This document shows positions 50,911 through 62,440 of a stretch of 64,000 nucleotides of DNA, piece by piece. The notes beneath the pieces are model-generated. The model was not told the DNA's origin and made no database searches. It was given only the letters and a program-made list of their open reading frames with translations. The position numbers and the translations under genes are program-made. The stretch covers positions 174,716,001-174,780,000 of the forward strand of contig OZ024742.1 of assembly GCA_964016885.1 (NCBI GenBank). The letters are read 5' to 3'. The number at the start of each line of letters is the position of its first letter. Positions within the stretch are counted from its first letter, which is position 1. Source of the stretch: Eledone cirrhosa. Lineage: Eukaryota.

Positions 50911-52770
50911 TTGATCTAGATGAAATGCAGTTCGGGTTTGTGTCAGGAAAAAGTACCACAGACGCTCTTTTCATTGTACGACAACTACAGGAGAAGTACC
51001 TAGCTAAAAGTAAACCCCTATACTTAGCTTTCGTCGACTTGGAGAAAGCCTTCGACAGAGTCCCCCGTTCCATTATCTGGTGGTCTCTTAGAAAACTAGG
51101 TGTTGACGAATGGCTTGTGAGAGCTATACAAGCCATGTATAAAGAAACAGTCAGTAAGGTTAGAATTAACAACGAATATAGTGAAGAGTTTAGCGTAAAA
51201 GTTGGTGTCCATCAGGGCTCTGTACTTAGCCCCCTACTATTTATTATTGCCCTTCAGGCTATAACAGAGGAGTTCAAGACCGGCTGCCCATGGGAACTCC
51301 TATACGCAGATGATCTAATGCTCATAGCTGAATCAATGACCGAACTAGAGAAGAAATTCCAAACATGGAAGCACGGCCTAGAATCAAAAGGCCTTAAAAT
51401 TAACCTGGCTAAGACAAAAGTTCTAGTTTGTAGGAAAGAAAATATGGCGGCAGTCCCATCTGGGAAATGGCCATGCTCAGTGTGTAGGAAAGGCGTAGGT
51501 AGAAACTCCATTTTATGTCCCAAATGCAAAGTATGGGTGCATAAAAGATGTAGTGGGATCACAGGTAAGCTAACGAAGAACATAGATTTTACATGTGGCC
51601 GGTGCTCTGGTGCAATAAGTAGCAGCAAGTGCCCACAAAATACTAGCTCCTTCAACTGCGCAGAGGGTTCTATAGAAATAGTGGACAGCTTCCGTTACCT
51701 GGGTGACAAAATCAGCAGTGGGGGAGGGTGCTCTGAAAGTACAGTAGCTAGAGTCAGAACTGGATGGAAAAAGTTCAGAGAGCTTATACCACTATTAGCC
51801 GCTAGAGGGTTCTCCCTAAAAATGAAAGGCAGGTTATACGATGCCTGCATACGAACAGCAATGCTGCATGGCAGTGAGACCTGGGCATTGTGTGCAGAGG
51901 ATATACGCAGACTAGAGAGGAACGAAGCTTGCATGCTCCGCTGGATGTGCAATAGTAATATACGTGAACGGCAAAGCATAAACGAACTAAGGAAAAAATT
52001 AGAAATAAGAGGGATCAGATGTTGTTTACTCGAGAGAAGGCTACGTTGGTACGGTCACGTGATGCGCATGAAAGACGACAGCTGTATAACAACGTGCAGG
52101 GCAATAAAGATAGACGGTAGCCACGGAGTAGGCAGACCCAGAAAAACATGGGACGAGCTGATAAATTCCGACCTCACACGCTTACACCTCTCCAAGACAA
52201 TGTCACTGGACCGAGACCTTTGGCGGTACTCAGTAATAGAGAAGACCCGCCTTACCTAAATACAAAGTAAAAACCTACTACAGTCAGTAGGCATCTCTAT
52301 CAAAACACCCCCCCGTCCCACCACCTCCACCCCATCCACACCGCCCCTTTCAATGTACAGTTATGTTGGTCCCACAACATCCAGGCCGAAACAAATGAGA
52401 TCGTGTAGGTGTCACGACAAAAAAACACACAGTCCACGCTGTAAATGTGGCCGTGTAGGCAACACGGTAAAAACCTCCCAGCCCCACACTGTAAATGTGG
52501 TTGGTGTTAGGAAGGGCATCCAGCTGTAGAAAACCCGCCAGACAGTCCACGCTGTAATGTGGCCGTGTAGGCAACACGGTAAAAACCTCCCAGCCCCACA
52601 CTGTAAATGTGGTTGGTGTTAGGAAGGGCATCCAACTGTAGAAAACCCACCAGACAGTCCTATGCGAGCAAGACAACCACTCTTGCCTCAAGTGTGAAAA
52701 CCCCCGTCCAAACCCATGCAAGCGTGGAACACGGACGCTAAACCTGATGATGATGATGATGATGATGATA
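50908..52770 (+). mobile_element. Young 5'-truncated RTE LINE with a ~114-bp tandem duplication in the 3' UTR
   Basis: Starts abruptly after (TA)n, intact ORF, UTR block ~52430-52545 repeated to ~52660, (gat)n tail. Confidence 0.96.
50925..52259 (+). CDS. RTE LINE reverse transcriptase, C-terminal 444 aa (no endonuclease; the start Met is internal), with inserted C4HC3 finger
   Basis: QFGF, AFVDLEKAFDRVP, GVHQGSVLSPLLF, LLYADD, FRYLG, RLRWYGHVMR, GRPRKTW; no stops. Confidence 0.93.
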   Translation: MQFGFVSGKSTTDALFIVRQLQEKYLAKSKPLYLAFVDLEKAFDRVPRSIIWWSLRKLGVDEWLVRAIQAMYKETVSKVRINNEYSEEFSVKVGVHQGSVLSPLLFIIALQAITEEFKTGCPWELLYADDLMLIAESMTELEKKFQTWKHGLESKGLKINLAKTKVLVCRKENMAAVPSGKWPCSVCRKGVGRNSILCPKCKVWVHKRCSGITGKLTKNIDFTCGRCSGAISSSKCPQNTSSFNCAEGSIEIVDSFRYLGDKISSGGGCSESTVARVRTGWKKFRELIPLLAARGFSLKMKGRLYDACIRTAMLHGSETWALCAEDIRRLERNEACMLRWMCNSNIRERQSINELRKKLEIRGIRCCLLERRLRWYGHVMRMKDDSCITTCRAIKIDGSHGVGRPRKTWDELINSDLTRLHLSKTMSLDRDLWRYSVIEKTRLT

Positions 52771-52777
52771 TATAAGC

Positions 52778-52898
52778 TCAGACAGTCCTATACAAGCAGG
52801 ACAACCAATCTTGCCTCAAGTGGGAAAACTCCCGTACAAACCCATGCAAGCGTGGAAGATGGACGTTAAACGATGATGATGATGATGATGATGATGAT
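52778..52898 (+). mobile_element. Extra very short RTE 3'-tail insertion
   Basis: Repeats 52651-52770 with divergence; has its own (gat)n tail. Confidence 0.85.
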
Positions 52899-52899
52899 A

Positions 52900-53213
52900 A
52901 GCTCTTTTTACAAAACGTTTTTTTCAATTTCAGGTAGACGCGCACCATCATCCAATTTTCTAAAAAAACAAGTCATACACAAAACGCCAGCACCAAAAGT
53001 TGTGCAAGAGATGTCAACATGAATGGACCTATTATTTCTATCTAAAGACATTTTTTCCAATTCTATCCCGCCCATCCCCCTTAATCTATTTTATTTCTCA
53101 TTATTTCTTCTGATGAAGGACTAGCGTCCGAAACATAAGCGTTAACCTAATATATACCTTCCCTATACTGTACCGATTGTGTTGTTATTTCTGTTTACCT
53201 TTTACATACATAT

Positions 53214-53215
<2 letters not shown>
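52900..53215 (+). mobile_element. Probable Penelope-like 3' fragment with hammerhead-like motif
   Basis: CUGAUGA-a-ggac(uagc)gucc-GAAAC at 53110-53134; lies between (gat)n and (ta)n; no coding evidence. Confidence 0.5.
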
Positions 53216-53241
<26 letters not shown>

Positions 53242-53248
<7 letters not shown>

Positions 53249-53550
53249 AAAAAGAGATGAAATCGAAAATGCAACTGAAGTCTTATTTTTTTTTTAAATA
53301 TATATATTTATTTGGTTCCGTTACCGGTTTCGCAGTTCTTCTGCTTTTCAAAAGGTGAGTTGAGTCTCAACTCACCTTTTGAAAAGCAGAAGAACTGCGA
53401 AACCGGTAAAGGAACCAAATAAATATATATATTTTTAAAAAAAATAAGACTTCAGTTGCATTTTCGATTTCATCTCTTTTTCTTTATACTTTCACTCGTG
53501 TAGGACACCTCGGTTATTTTTCATTTTGTAAAAAAAAACTCACTTTCTAA
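53242..53550. mobile_element. Fold-back palindromic element 2 (123-bp arms, 1-nt spacer) with 3' extension
   Basis: 53242-53364 and 53366-53488 are reverse complements with 3 mismatches; the extension ends ctcactttctaa then (ta)n. Confidence 0.92.
53375..53412 (+). ncRNA. Minimal type I hammerhead ribozyme motif, U3-A8 core variant
   Basis: ccuu-UUGAAAA-gcag(aagaa)cugc-GAAA-ccgg-UA-aagg; stems I and II fully Watson-Crick paired; predicted cleavage after A53408. Confidence 0.75.
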
Positions 53551-53559
53551 TATATATAT

Positions 53560-54530
53560 TGCGCAGAGGGTTCTATAGAAATAGTGGACAGCTTCCGTTA
53601 CCTGGGCGATAAAATCAGCAAGTGGGGGAGGGTGCTCTGAAAGTACTGTAGCTAGAGTCAGAACTGGTTGGAAAAAGTTCAGAGAGCTTATACCACTATT
53701 AGCTGCTAAAGGGTTCTCCCTAAAAATGAAAGGCAGGTTGTACGATGCCTGCATACGAACAGCAATGTTGCATGGCAGTGAGACCTGGGCATTGTGTGCA
53801 GAGGATATACGCAGACTAGAGAGGAACGAAGCTTGCATGCTCCGCTGGATGTGTAACAGTAATATACGTGAACGGCAAAGCATAAACGAACTAAGGAAAA
53901 AATTAGAGATAAGAGGGATCAGATGTTGTTTACTCGAGAGAAGGCTACGTTGGTATGGACACGTGATGCGCATGAAAGTCGATAGCTGTATAACAAAGTG
54001 CAGGGCAATAAAGATAGACGGTAGCCACAGAATAGGCAGACCTAGAAAAATCTGGGACGAGCTGATAAACTCCGACCTCACACACTTACACCTCTCCAAG
54101 ACAATGTCACTGGACCGAGACCTTTGGCGGTACTCAGTAACAGAGAAGACCCGCCTTGCCAGTAGGCATCTCTAACAAAATACACCCCGTCCCGCCACCA
54201 CCCCCACCCATCCACACCACCTCGTCCTATGTAAAGTTATGTTGGTGCCGCGCCATCCAGGCCGAAACAAATGAGATCGTGTAGGTGTCACGACAAAAAA
54301 ACACACAGTCCACGCTGTAATGTGGCCGTGTAGGCAACACGGTAAAAACCTCCCAGACCCACACTGTAAATGTGGTTGGTGTTAGGAAGGGCATCCAACT
54401 GTAGAAAACCTGCCAGACAGTCCTATGCGAGCAAGACAATCACTCTTGCCTCAAGTGGGACTACCCCCATCCAAACCCATGCAAGCGTGGAACACGGACG
54501 TTAAACGTTGATGATGATGATGATGATGAT
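53560..54530 (+). mobile_element. Young 5'-truncated RTE LINE
   Basis: Nearly identical to 51658-52770, with a +1 frameshift near 53620; (ta)n on both sides. Confidence 0.95.
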
Positions 54531-54537
54531 ATATATA

Positions 54538-54745
54538 TCCCTTTAGTGTTCAAACCGGCCAAAACCAGCCAGAATTCTCTACCTCTTTCTGTTGAAACTG
54601 GCTGTAACTGGTCACTCAAACTGTTGTTAAGGTATTGTTTTCAAAATAAATACTTTCAAAATCTCATAGATTCGATATTATGTGAGGTAAAACCTTTACC
54701 ATTAAAATATAATAGTATATATAAAATAATGTGAATGCTAAAGGA
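54538..54745. mobile_element. MITE with cctttag-type TIRs
   Basis: ccctttagtgttca ... tgaatgctaaagga, in a (ta)n context. Confidence 0.6.
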
Positions 54746-55557
54746 TATATATATATATTTTTTTTTAACTAAAGAAACTAACATTTAATGAATTTTTTTT
54801 GCAAGAGAGAGCAATATGTGTTGAAGAAAAACTATAATTAGTGAATTAAAAATGGATTACAGTTATTGTTGCATTGTATTTTGGGGAAATTGTAGATGTA
54901 CATGGTGTATAAAACATATTTACTACTGCACCACAGTTATAATGGCTTTGCCTGTAACATAATATAGAATATAAGTCTAACAGTTGCCTGATTGTGATAA
55001 CTTTTTGTTGGAGTCACATTAACTCTACTGGACCTAATATTATCATTATCATTTTTATGCTCATATTTATATGCTGGTATGGGTTCAACAGAACATGTTG
55101 GAGCAATTTTATATGGCTGGATACAATCTTTGACTGAAGCAAACAAAAGAATATAAAATTAAAATAAAGAGTAAAACTTCAACAAAAGTATATAAAAAAG
55201 ATATTTCATCTTAATTAATAAAATGGTAATATTTGTAAAAGTAAATGAGAAATCGGTTTTCAATAATTAGACATTGTCTTTGGTAATACGAAGGGTACCT
55301 AGCCATAGAAAAACTGCCAAATAAAAGGTTTGTACGACTCTTCATCTGTGTCAAATATACTTACTAGTGCTGGTGCCATGGTAAATTGGCCATTGTTGAT
55401 CACAGGTAAGCAAGATGCATGCCCATCTCAGAGGTCAATAGTTGTACTTGAGCACTGTCACAGTTTGTGAAGAACTATCCAATCCTCACTAGCAGGAAAG
55501 ATGGATGTTAAATGATGATAATGATGTCTTACAACCAGTAAAATTTCCTTGAGATAA

Positions 55558-55675
55558 TAATTGTTTCTACTTTTGGCACAAGGCCAGCAATTACCCAGTT
55601 CATTACTGGTACTTTATTTTATCGACCCGGTAAGAATGAAAGGTAAAGTTAACCTCGACGGGATTTGAACTCAGA
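55558..55675 (-). mobile_element. 5'-truncated SINE family A
   Basis: Reverse complement match; aatttccttgagataataat-like flank duplication. Confidence 0.85.
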
Positions 55676-55732
55676 TAATAATTTCCTTTAGATAATAATG
55701 TCTATATGTTTTATGTCTTATACTAAAGTTCT

Positions 55733-55984
55733 CAGACTTTTTGTTTTCATATTTCTAATAGAAAACTGCATATGCCTTTGACTTCATTTTGAAAATAACC
55801 CAGAATTAGAAGAGATTTACTAAATGTCTTATTATTTTTCTCATGTTTAGAACATATCATAATATACCTTCTTATATAGAATTATGGTGGAAAGTTTTTT
55901 TTACATATAAATACTTTAAACAAAGATGTTTTCATCCCCTAGAACTAGGTGTAGCTTCAGATTGTTTAATAACAAAAGGGTTAA
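55733..55984. mobile_element. TTAA-ended MITE family copy
   Basis: Ends aacaaaagggttaa; similar to 27385-27648. Confidence 0.5.
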
Positions 55985-57309
55985 ATGTAGGAAATTTAAG
56001 TCTTATGAAATATTTATTTCAGAGATTACAGAGTAATCTGAATGATTTGGTTTGGGCTTACATTAAACTTCACCTATGAAGCTCAATAATACACACATAA
56101 CAAGTATCTTATCAGTGTAATGAAATCACAGACTACAACCATAACTGATATCATCATTTTACATTCGCTTTCCATGCTGGCATGAGTTGGTCATCCCTTT
56201 AGACTAACTTCGACAGATCTAGTTATAGAAGAGCAATCATTAATTTACAGCTTAAGATCTCCAGCTTGTCAAGTGAGGAAGTTTGCATCTGATGCCGATT
56301 TCACCAGATTTTGCCACAGGAGAAAGTCTCTCTGCAGGTTGCATCCCAGATTAGATTTTTTGTATCTGAGAACAGAAACGTTGTGATATCTGTGTGGACT
56401 TTCACGATTTCCTGAATCTAACTACACCATCTCCACATATAATATATTATAAAACAATAAATGAATACACCAAATGCTGCTGAAACAAATGTCTTGAAGG
56501 GAAATAATGTTTGCTATTTGTTTTATTTCTACAAATGCTGATTGTTTTCTTCAAATCCTTATATTTTTTACATCTGTAGATTTGTGTACCAAAGGATTTT
56601 CTTCATTAAATTGTTTTTTCTTTAATTTTTTTAAAATTTAAATTGTTATTCTATACAAGTAATACAATCCTAGTTTATTGTCTCTTCTCTTTTAAGAGTT
56701 GCATGAAAAATGAATTCTTTTGTATTATATTTCAGTAAGTTATTCACTGTGGAAAACAGCTACATGGGGAAATATGAAAAGAACTGTGTAGGGGGGATAT
56801 CAATACAACAAAAAATAGATGTTCATTTCAATATTTTATATTTGTATCATTGATTTACTCTCTGTAATGTCAGATAAAAGTCAAAAAGATAAGCCAAGTA
56901 AAATCATAATTCTAAATGGAGAATAACTTTATATTTTCATGCGAGAGTTTGACATAATAATATGTTGCCAGCTATCAGATTAACTCCTAACATTGTATTT
57001 TCTCTTTCTATGTTGGCATTGGTTGGATGAGTCTTCCATATTGTCTTTATCAGATAGAATAATATGACATTCACTTTTCTAGGCTTGTCTGAAGTTTTAA
57101 ATTAGTTGCCATCATTCAGAACAATTGATGTTTGTCTCTTATAAAGATATATTTAGCAGGGATGTTTTCCATGTTTATTTTACTCTTTTGCTGCTTTCAG
57201 TCATCAGACTGCTCCCATGATGGGGCATCGTCTTGAAGAGATTTAGTCAATTATATTGATCCCAGTACAAGATCTCTTTTTATTGAATCATTAAGTCATG
57301 AAGTATTTT

Positions 57310-58023
57310 GTTCTAATAGGAAGGGAGAACTTTGCATGTAGAGGATACACAGGAGTAATTGAGAGGAAGAGTGCCAATGTTATAAATCTTCTCTAGTCAC
57401 AAGAAGGATCCATAGACGTGGTTGATAGCTTCTGCTATCTAGCTGACTTATTTAGCAATAATGGAGGTTGTGCTGAGAGTATAATAGCTAGAATAAGTAT
57501 AGAATGGAAGAAGTTTAGAGAACTACTCCCACTGTTGACATCAAAAAGTTTCTCCCTATATACAAAAGGATGGCAGTATGATGCCTGTGTGTGGAATGCA
57601 ATGCTGCATGATAGTCAAACATGGGCTGTGACTGCAGGGGACATGCATAGACAGGAGAGAAATGAAGCCACGATGCTTCATTGGAAAGGCAGAGCTTGGA
57701 CAAGCTGAAGGAGAAGCTGGATTTAAGGGGAATCCAAGATGGTGTACAAGAGAGAAGAATACGTTGGTATGGACATGTGATGCACATAGACAATAATTAT
57801 TGGGTGAAAAATACCAGGAGATCCCAGTGGAAGGAAGCTGCAGTACAGTATAACCAAGAAAAACCTGGGCAGAGGTTGTGAGAACTGACCTCAAATCACT
57901 AAGCCTGGCAGAGGAGATGACAAACGAATGTGACAAGTGAAGAGATGCTGTGCTGAGAAGGACCCATATAACCCATGCAAGCGTGGAAAAACACATGTAA
58001 AGATGATGATGATGATGATGATG
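57310..58023 (+). mobile_element. Decayed RTE RT/3' fragment
   Basis: VDSFCYL...WKKFRELLPLL...ERRIRWYGHVM; (gat)n tail. Confidence 0.88.
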
Positions 58024-58579
58024 TCTAACCAATGTATGCAGGTGAAGCCGAGGTTCATCGATGATGATACCTAATATTTAACCCCCTGTTGAAGTGCTTT
58101 AAAGAACTCAAAGGATTATTCTGTAATAAATATGAGATTTGTTATACTTTGGGCAGCTCATGCTAACGCCAAATACACATGCACCAGTTCAGTTTCATTA
58201 TTAGTCAATGGGAAATTGTTTATACTGACAGCAGTATTTTATGGGTACTTTATTTTATCAACCCCAAAAGGATAAAAGGAAAAAATTACCTTGACTGGAT
58301 ATGAATTCAGAATGTAAAGGCTCATAACTAAATGCCACAAAGCAGTTTGTCCATCATTCTTATGATTCTTCTAATCTATTGCCCTTAGTATTGCTCAATA
58401 ATAAAATACAGTAGTAAGAAACTCTTAGAAGGGCTGGACAGCAGAAGGTCTTCAGAGAAGAAACCCCATCATGTAAGTCTATCGGCACTTAACATCTGTA
58501 AAATATTTAACACTACTGTTAGCCAATATTTTAATTCCAACATCCAAATGTTTATTTCTATTATATTTATAGTTTATTA

Positions 58580-58652
58580 TTACAGGGTCGATAAAATAAA
58601 GTACCAGTAATGCACTGGGTAATTGCTGGCCTTGTGCCTAAAGTAGAAACAA
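58580..58652 (+). mobile_element. 5'-truncated SINE family A
   Basis: gggtcgataaaataaagtaccag...agtagaaacaatt. Confidence 0.8.
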
Positions 58653-60912
58653 TTATTTCTGACAATGAGACACTCCAGAGATAAAGTGGTAATAAACGGC
58701 TTCAGTGTACAAGTTTGAAACTGGATACGAACAACACAGACCTGTAACATACTGTTACACAAGAAAACACAATATTCTTGAAAAGTACAAAAATGGAAGT
58801 AGGTATGTTACTGTCAATTGTCACATTGATTTGTCCTCTGGTAAAGGTACTATAAACATTTGAATTAATAAGATTTTAAGAGTTAACTAGACATTGTTTA
58901 AAAATGCAAAATAAAAGCAAAAAAAAATAGATTACCTTCAAAATTAGTCTTTACTCTAATACGTCAGATTTTTACAGTGATATGTTCACTACTCAAAATA
59001 CGCTAAACATTTGTATTAGCATACACATTTTTAGATATTTTCTACTAAATTATTATTGGATGTTGAGAGCTAAGCATACAAGTGATATTAATCACAAAAT
59101 ATATTTTTTCTCCAGTTGGTTTGTAATTGAAGGTGTTAAATTAGCAAAGTCATTAGAGCTTCAAATTAACTTCCTTGGAATTTGTTCTGTCTCAATGCAC
59201 TCTGCTTTCAAATCACACTGAAGTCAACTTTGCCTTTCATTCTTTCAAGGTCAATAAATAAGGTACCAGTTCAGTACTGGTGTCGATTCGTCCTCTATGT
59301 TGCCTCATTCTCTCTCTTCTGTTATTAACCAGGTTTAAATTCATTAATCACACTGTGTGTCAGAATGGAACACCTACAACTCTATAAGGAATTAAGGGCT
59401 CTTTGTTTTCTTCTTTCTTTTCTTTCTTCTGATTTCTAATTTCTAATGTGAAACTGTATAATGTAGTACATTCTCAAATAAGAATTATTTCTTCTTCTCA
59501 CTATCTTTTGGACATTTGTCAGTTCTGATAATGAATGTTCCAGTTATTTGGTCAACAAAATGTTTTTGTTAACTTAACATATAAGTGGCTGAGTATTTTA
59601 CAGACATGTGTACCCATAATGTAATTCTCAGGGAGATCCAGAACGACACATTACAGGTACAGTTTATCTTATGGGCTTTCAAACTGATTCAGTCTGCCAA
59701 ATTTCACTCAATATATGGTAAATAACACTTGTCTAAGATGACCACTAGCAGGATTGAATCCAGAACCTAAGTTAGTAAAATAAACTTTATAAACATTTAA
59801 ATTAATGGGTAATTGACTGAGCATTCCACAGACATAATTCTTAGGAAAATTAATTGTGACACACTGTCCAACGGTGTTGGCCACTTGTATTACTGGTCTA
59901 GTTAATCCAATGGTCAGCAATCAGTTTTAAGCCATGGGTTAACCCCATGGTATGGTAAATGACACTTGTTCAAGATGTTATGGCCAAAACCAAGGACCTC
60001 ATCATGGTTAGGTAGCAAACATTGTAACCATTCAACCATGGTTACAGCCCCAATAATTAACTGTATGTATGTATGGAACTGTAATGACTGATGGAGTTGT
60101 AGGCATGTGACCGGGATACACAGGCATCATAATCCTGGCAGAACCTGTCACTCTTTAGATCTGATTGCAGCTAATATCTCCAAGAAAGAGGAGAGATAGA
60201 GAGAGGGTGGAAAAGAAAAGAATTGATCACAGTATTGTGCTGATACTATTTTATCAACCTCTAAATGATGGAAAGTAATATTTATCATGGAGGGATTTGA
60301 ACTCAGGCACCCAGCTAAATAATATTCTGCCAACTCACTATTATGGTTATTCAAGTAAGGAGAAAAACATTGAGAATGATGGACAAAGAGAAATAGGGAT
60401 AATGCTGAGCTATGTGTTTTATAGTGTTGTCAATGTAACAATCATATCTCCAACAAATTTGCATGCAGGTCCACATCTTTGGCATAAATGAAAAGAACTA
60501 TATATGTATATATGTGTGTGTGTGTATGTACGTATCAACTAAGTTTCTTTTGTGAGCTCATTTTTTGATCTGTACACAAGATAAAAGAATGCAATGAAGT
60601 ACAACAGATACAGTAGCTTAAAAAGTGTCTTGCTTTACAAAGTGGAGTATGTTTTATGATATAAGATGATATAGTGCTTGATCTTTATGACATGCTGCCT
60701 ATAAAAAATACATTTTACACAGTTTAGCCTCTAAGTTTAACACTTTGTTGTCAACATGTTGTTCAAAATTGTATTTATGTATTTTTTTGTCATGGTAATA
60801 AGGTGAACTTCCTACATATTTGCCTGAATACAGATGACTATCAATATTATACAGTGTGAATTAATTTTCCGTTCAATAATATGAGTATTGCTGCATAGTG
60901 ATACTTCACAAA

Positions 60913-61350
60913 CAGGGCCAGATTACAAAAACTAGGAGCCCTGTGCTAAAGAAAATTTGGTTTCAGGTTCATATTGCATCATATTCATCCTTGCAGAAAT
61001 GTAAGAGAAAGTAATATCTAGATTACAGACCAATTCCTCTGTCTGTTCTTATAGGCATTGACTAAGCACAGCATATTAACTCTGAAATAATAGTGTTGAC
61101 CACACTGGCTCCAGAACAATTCCACAGTCTTGCATTACAGGCAGTGACCAAGTACAGTCTAGTAACCACACCGAAATATCATTGTTGTCCATACTGGCTC
61201 CATCAAGACAAACTCGATCTAGTGTTGCTGATAGGTATGTACATATAAAGTCACCAAGTGCACCAATTATATCTAAAATGGGATAGGAATCCCTAGACTA
61301 TGAGGCCCTATCCTGCAGTCTACTTAACCCATTATGTACATCCACCACTG
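60913..61350. mobile_element. hAT-like MITE related to 32561-32729
   Basis: cagggccagatta...gccctgtgcta start, tacatccaccactg end; degenerate 8-bp TSD ttcacaaa / ttctcaat. Confidence 0.5.
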
Positions 61351-61669
61351 TTCTCAATTAAACATGTCTTCAGCTAACAATTTGTCTTACTATTTCTATA
61401 TTTGTGATATAACGTATATCTGTGAACATATATTTGTGTTGTGATATAACATACATTTATAGTTGTTGCATCTTGCAATCATAGTGGTTGTAATATTAAT
61501 TTACTTCACAATTTAGCAAAATAAAAATAAATCTTCATAAAATATGGAAAGCACCTGTTATTTGATAGTTGTCAAATTGTCAAATTGAAGTAGTTTTAGT
61601 TTCTGCCATTACTTAACTTTCATTCATTGCATGGTTTCTGGCTATATAGTTCTGTTTTACTATATGGTG

Positions 61670-62000
61670 CTGTGGAACCAGCATGGTTAAATGTCTGAGG
61701 AGCTCATTTTGCAACCATTATGTCCTGTGTTTCATCCCACTGTGGCATTATGGGCAAATGTCCTTTACCATAGTCTCAAGATGTCCCATGCCTTGTGAGT
61801 GAAATTTAGTTTACAGAAACTTGTTTGGAAGCTTGTTGAATGGATGTCCATCTAATTCAAAGGGCCATTCTTGTCACACACCATTTCATGCAGAATTTCC
61901 CTGAGCATTACATTAAGGGTACACATATCTGTGGAAGGCTGATCCACTTGTTAATTTCATGAGTATGCTGTTGTGTTGACCAAACAACTGGAACACAGGA
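61670..62000 (+). mobile_element. Old tRNA/CORE-like SINE
   Basis: atgggcaaatgtcctttaccatag...; the body resembles the reverse of ~59560-59660 and 44905-45000. Confidence 0.5.
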
Positions 62001-62149
62001 ACACTCATAATCAAATTGACAGAAGTCGATTCCACCATTTAGTACAAATATGAATAAATGTGAATTTACAACACCACATGGAGAGAAACAAACCATGCAT
62101 ACTTTGTTGGGTGTGTGATTTTAGTGTGCATGACTGACATAGCATGAGG

Positions 62150-62440
62150 ATTCTGAAGCATTGTGCATAGATATTTGCACTGGTATAGACATGTGGTGCA
62201 TATTAATGATGATTGCTGGGTGAAGAACTGCAAAGAAATTCTAGTGGAAGGAAGCTTCAGAAGAGAAAGTCTGAGGGAAAACCTGGACTGAAATGGTGAG
62301 AGCTGATCAATTGGTGCTGAAGCTCATAGAGATGATGATGAAGGAATGTAACAAGTGGGGGAAAGCAGTGGTTTAGAAGTTCCATTGAACCCATGCACAT
62401 ATGGAAAAGTAAATGTAAAAGTATGATGAGGATGATAACA
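62150..62440 (+). mobile_element. Decayed RTE 3' fragment
   Basis: Similar to 57750-58023. Confidence 0.72.

Noticed and set aside
51254-54099. Long minus-strand ORFs overlapping the RTE RT
   Set aside because: Antisense shadows of the RT reading frame
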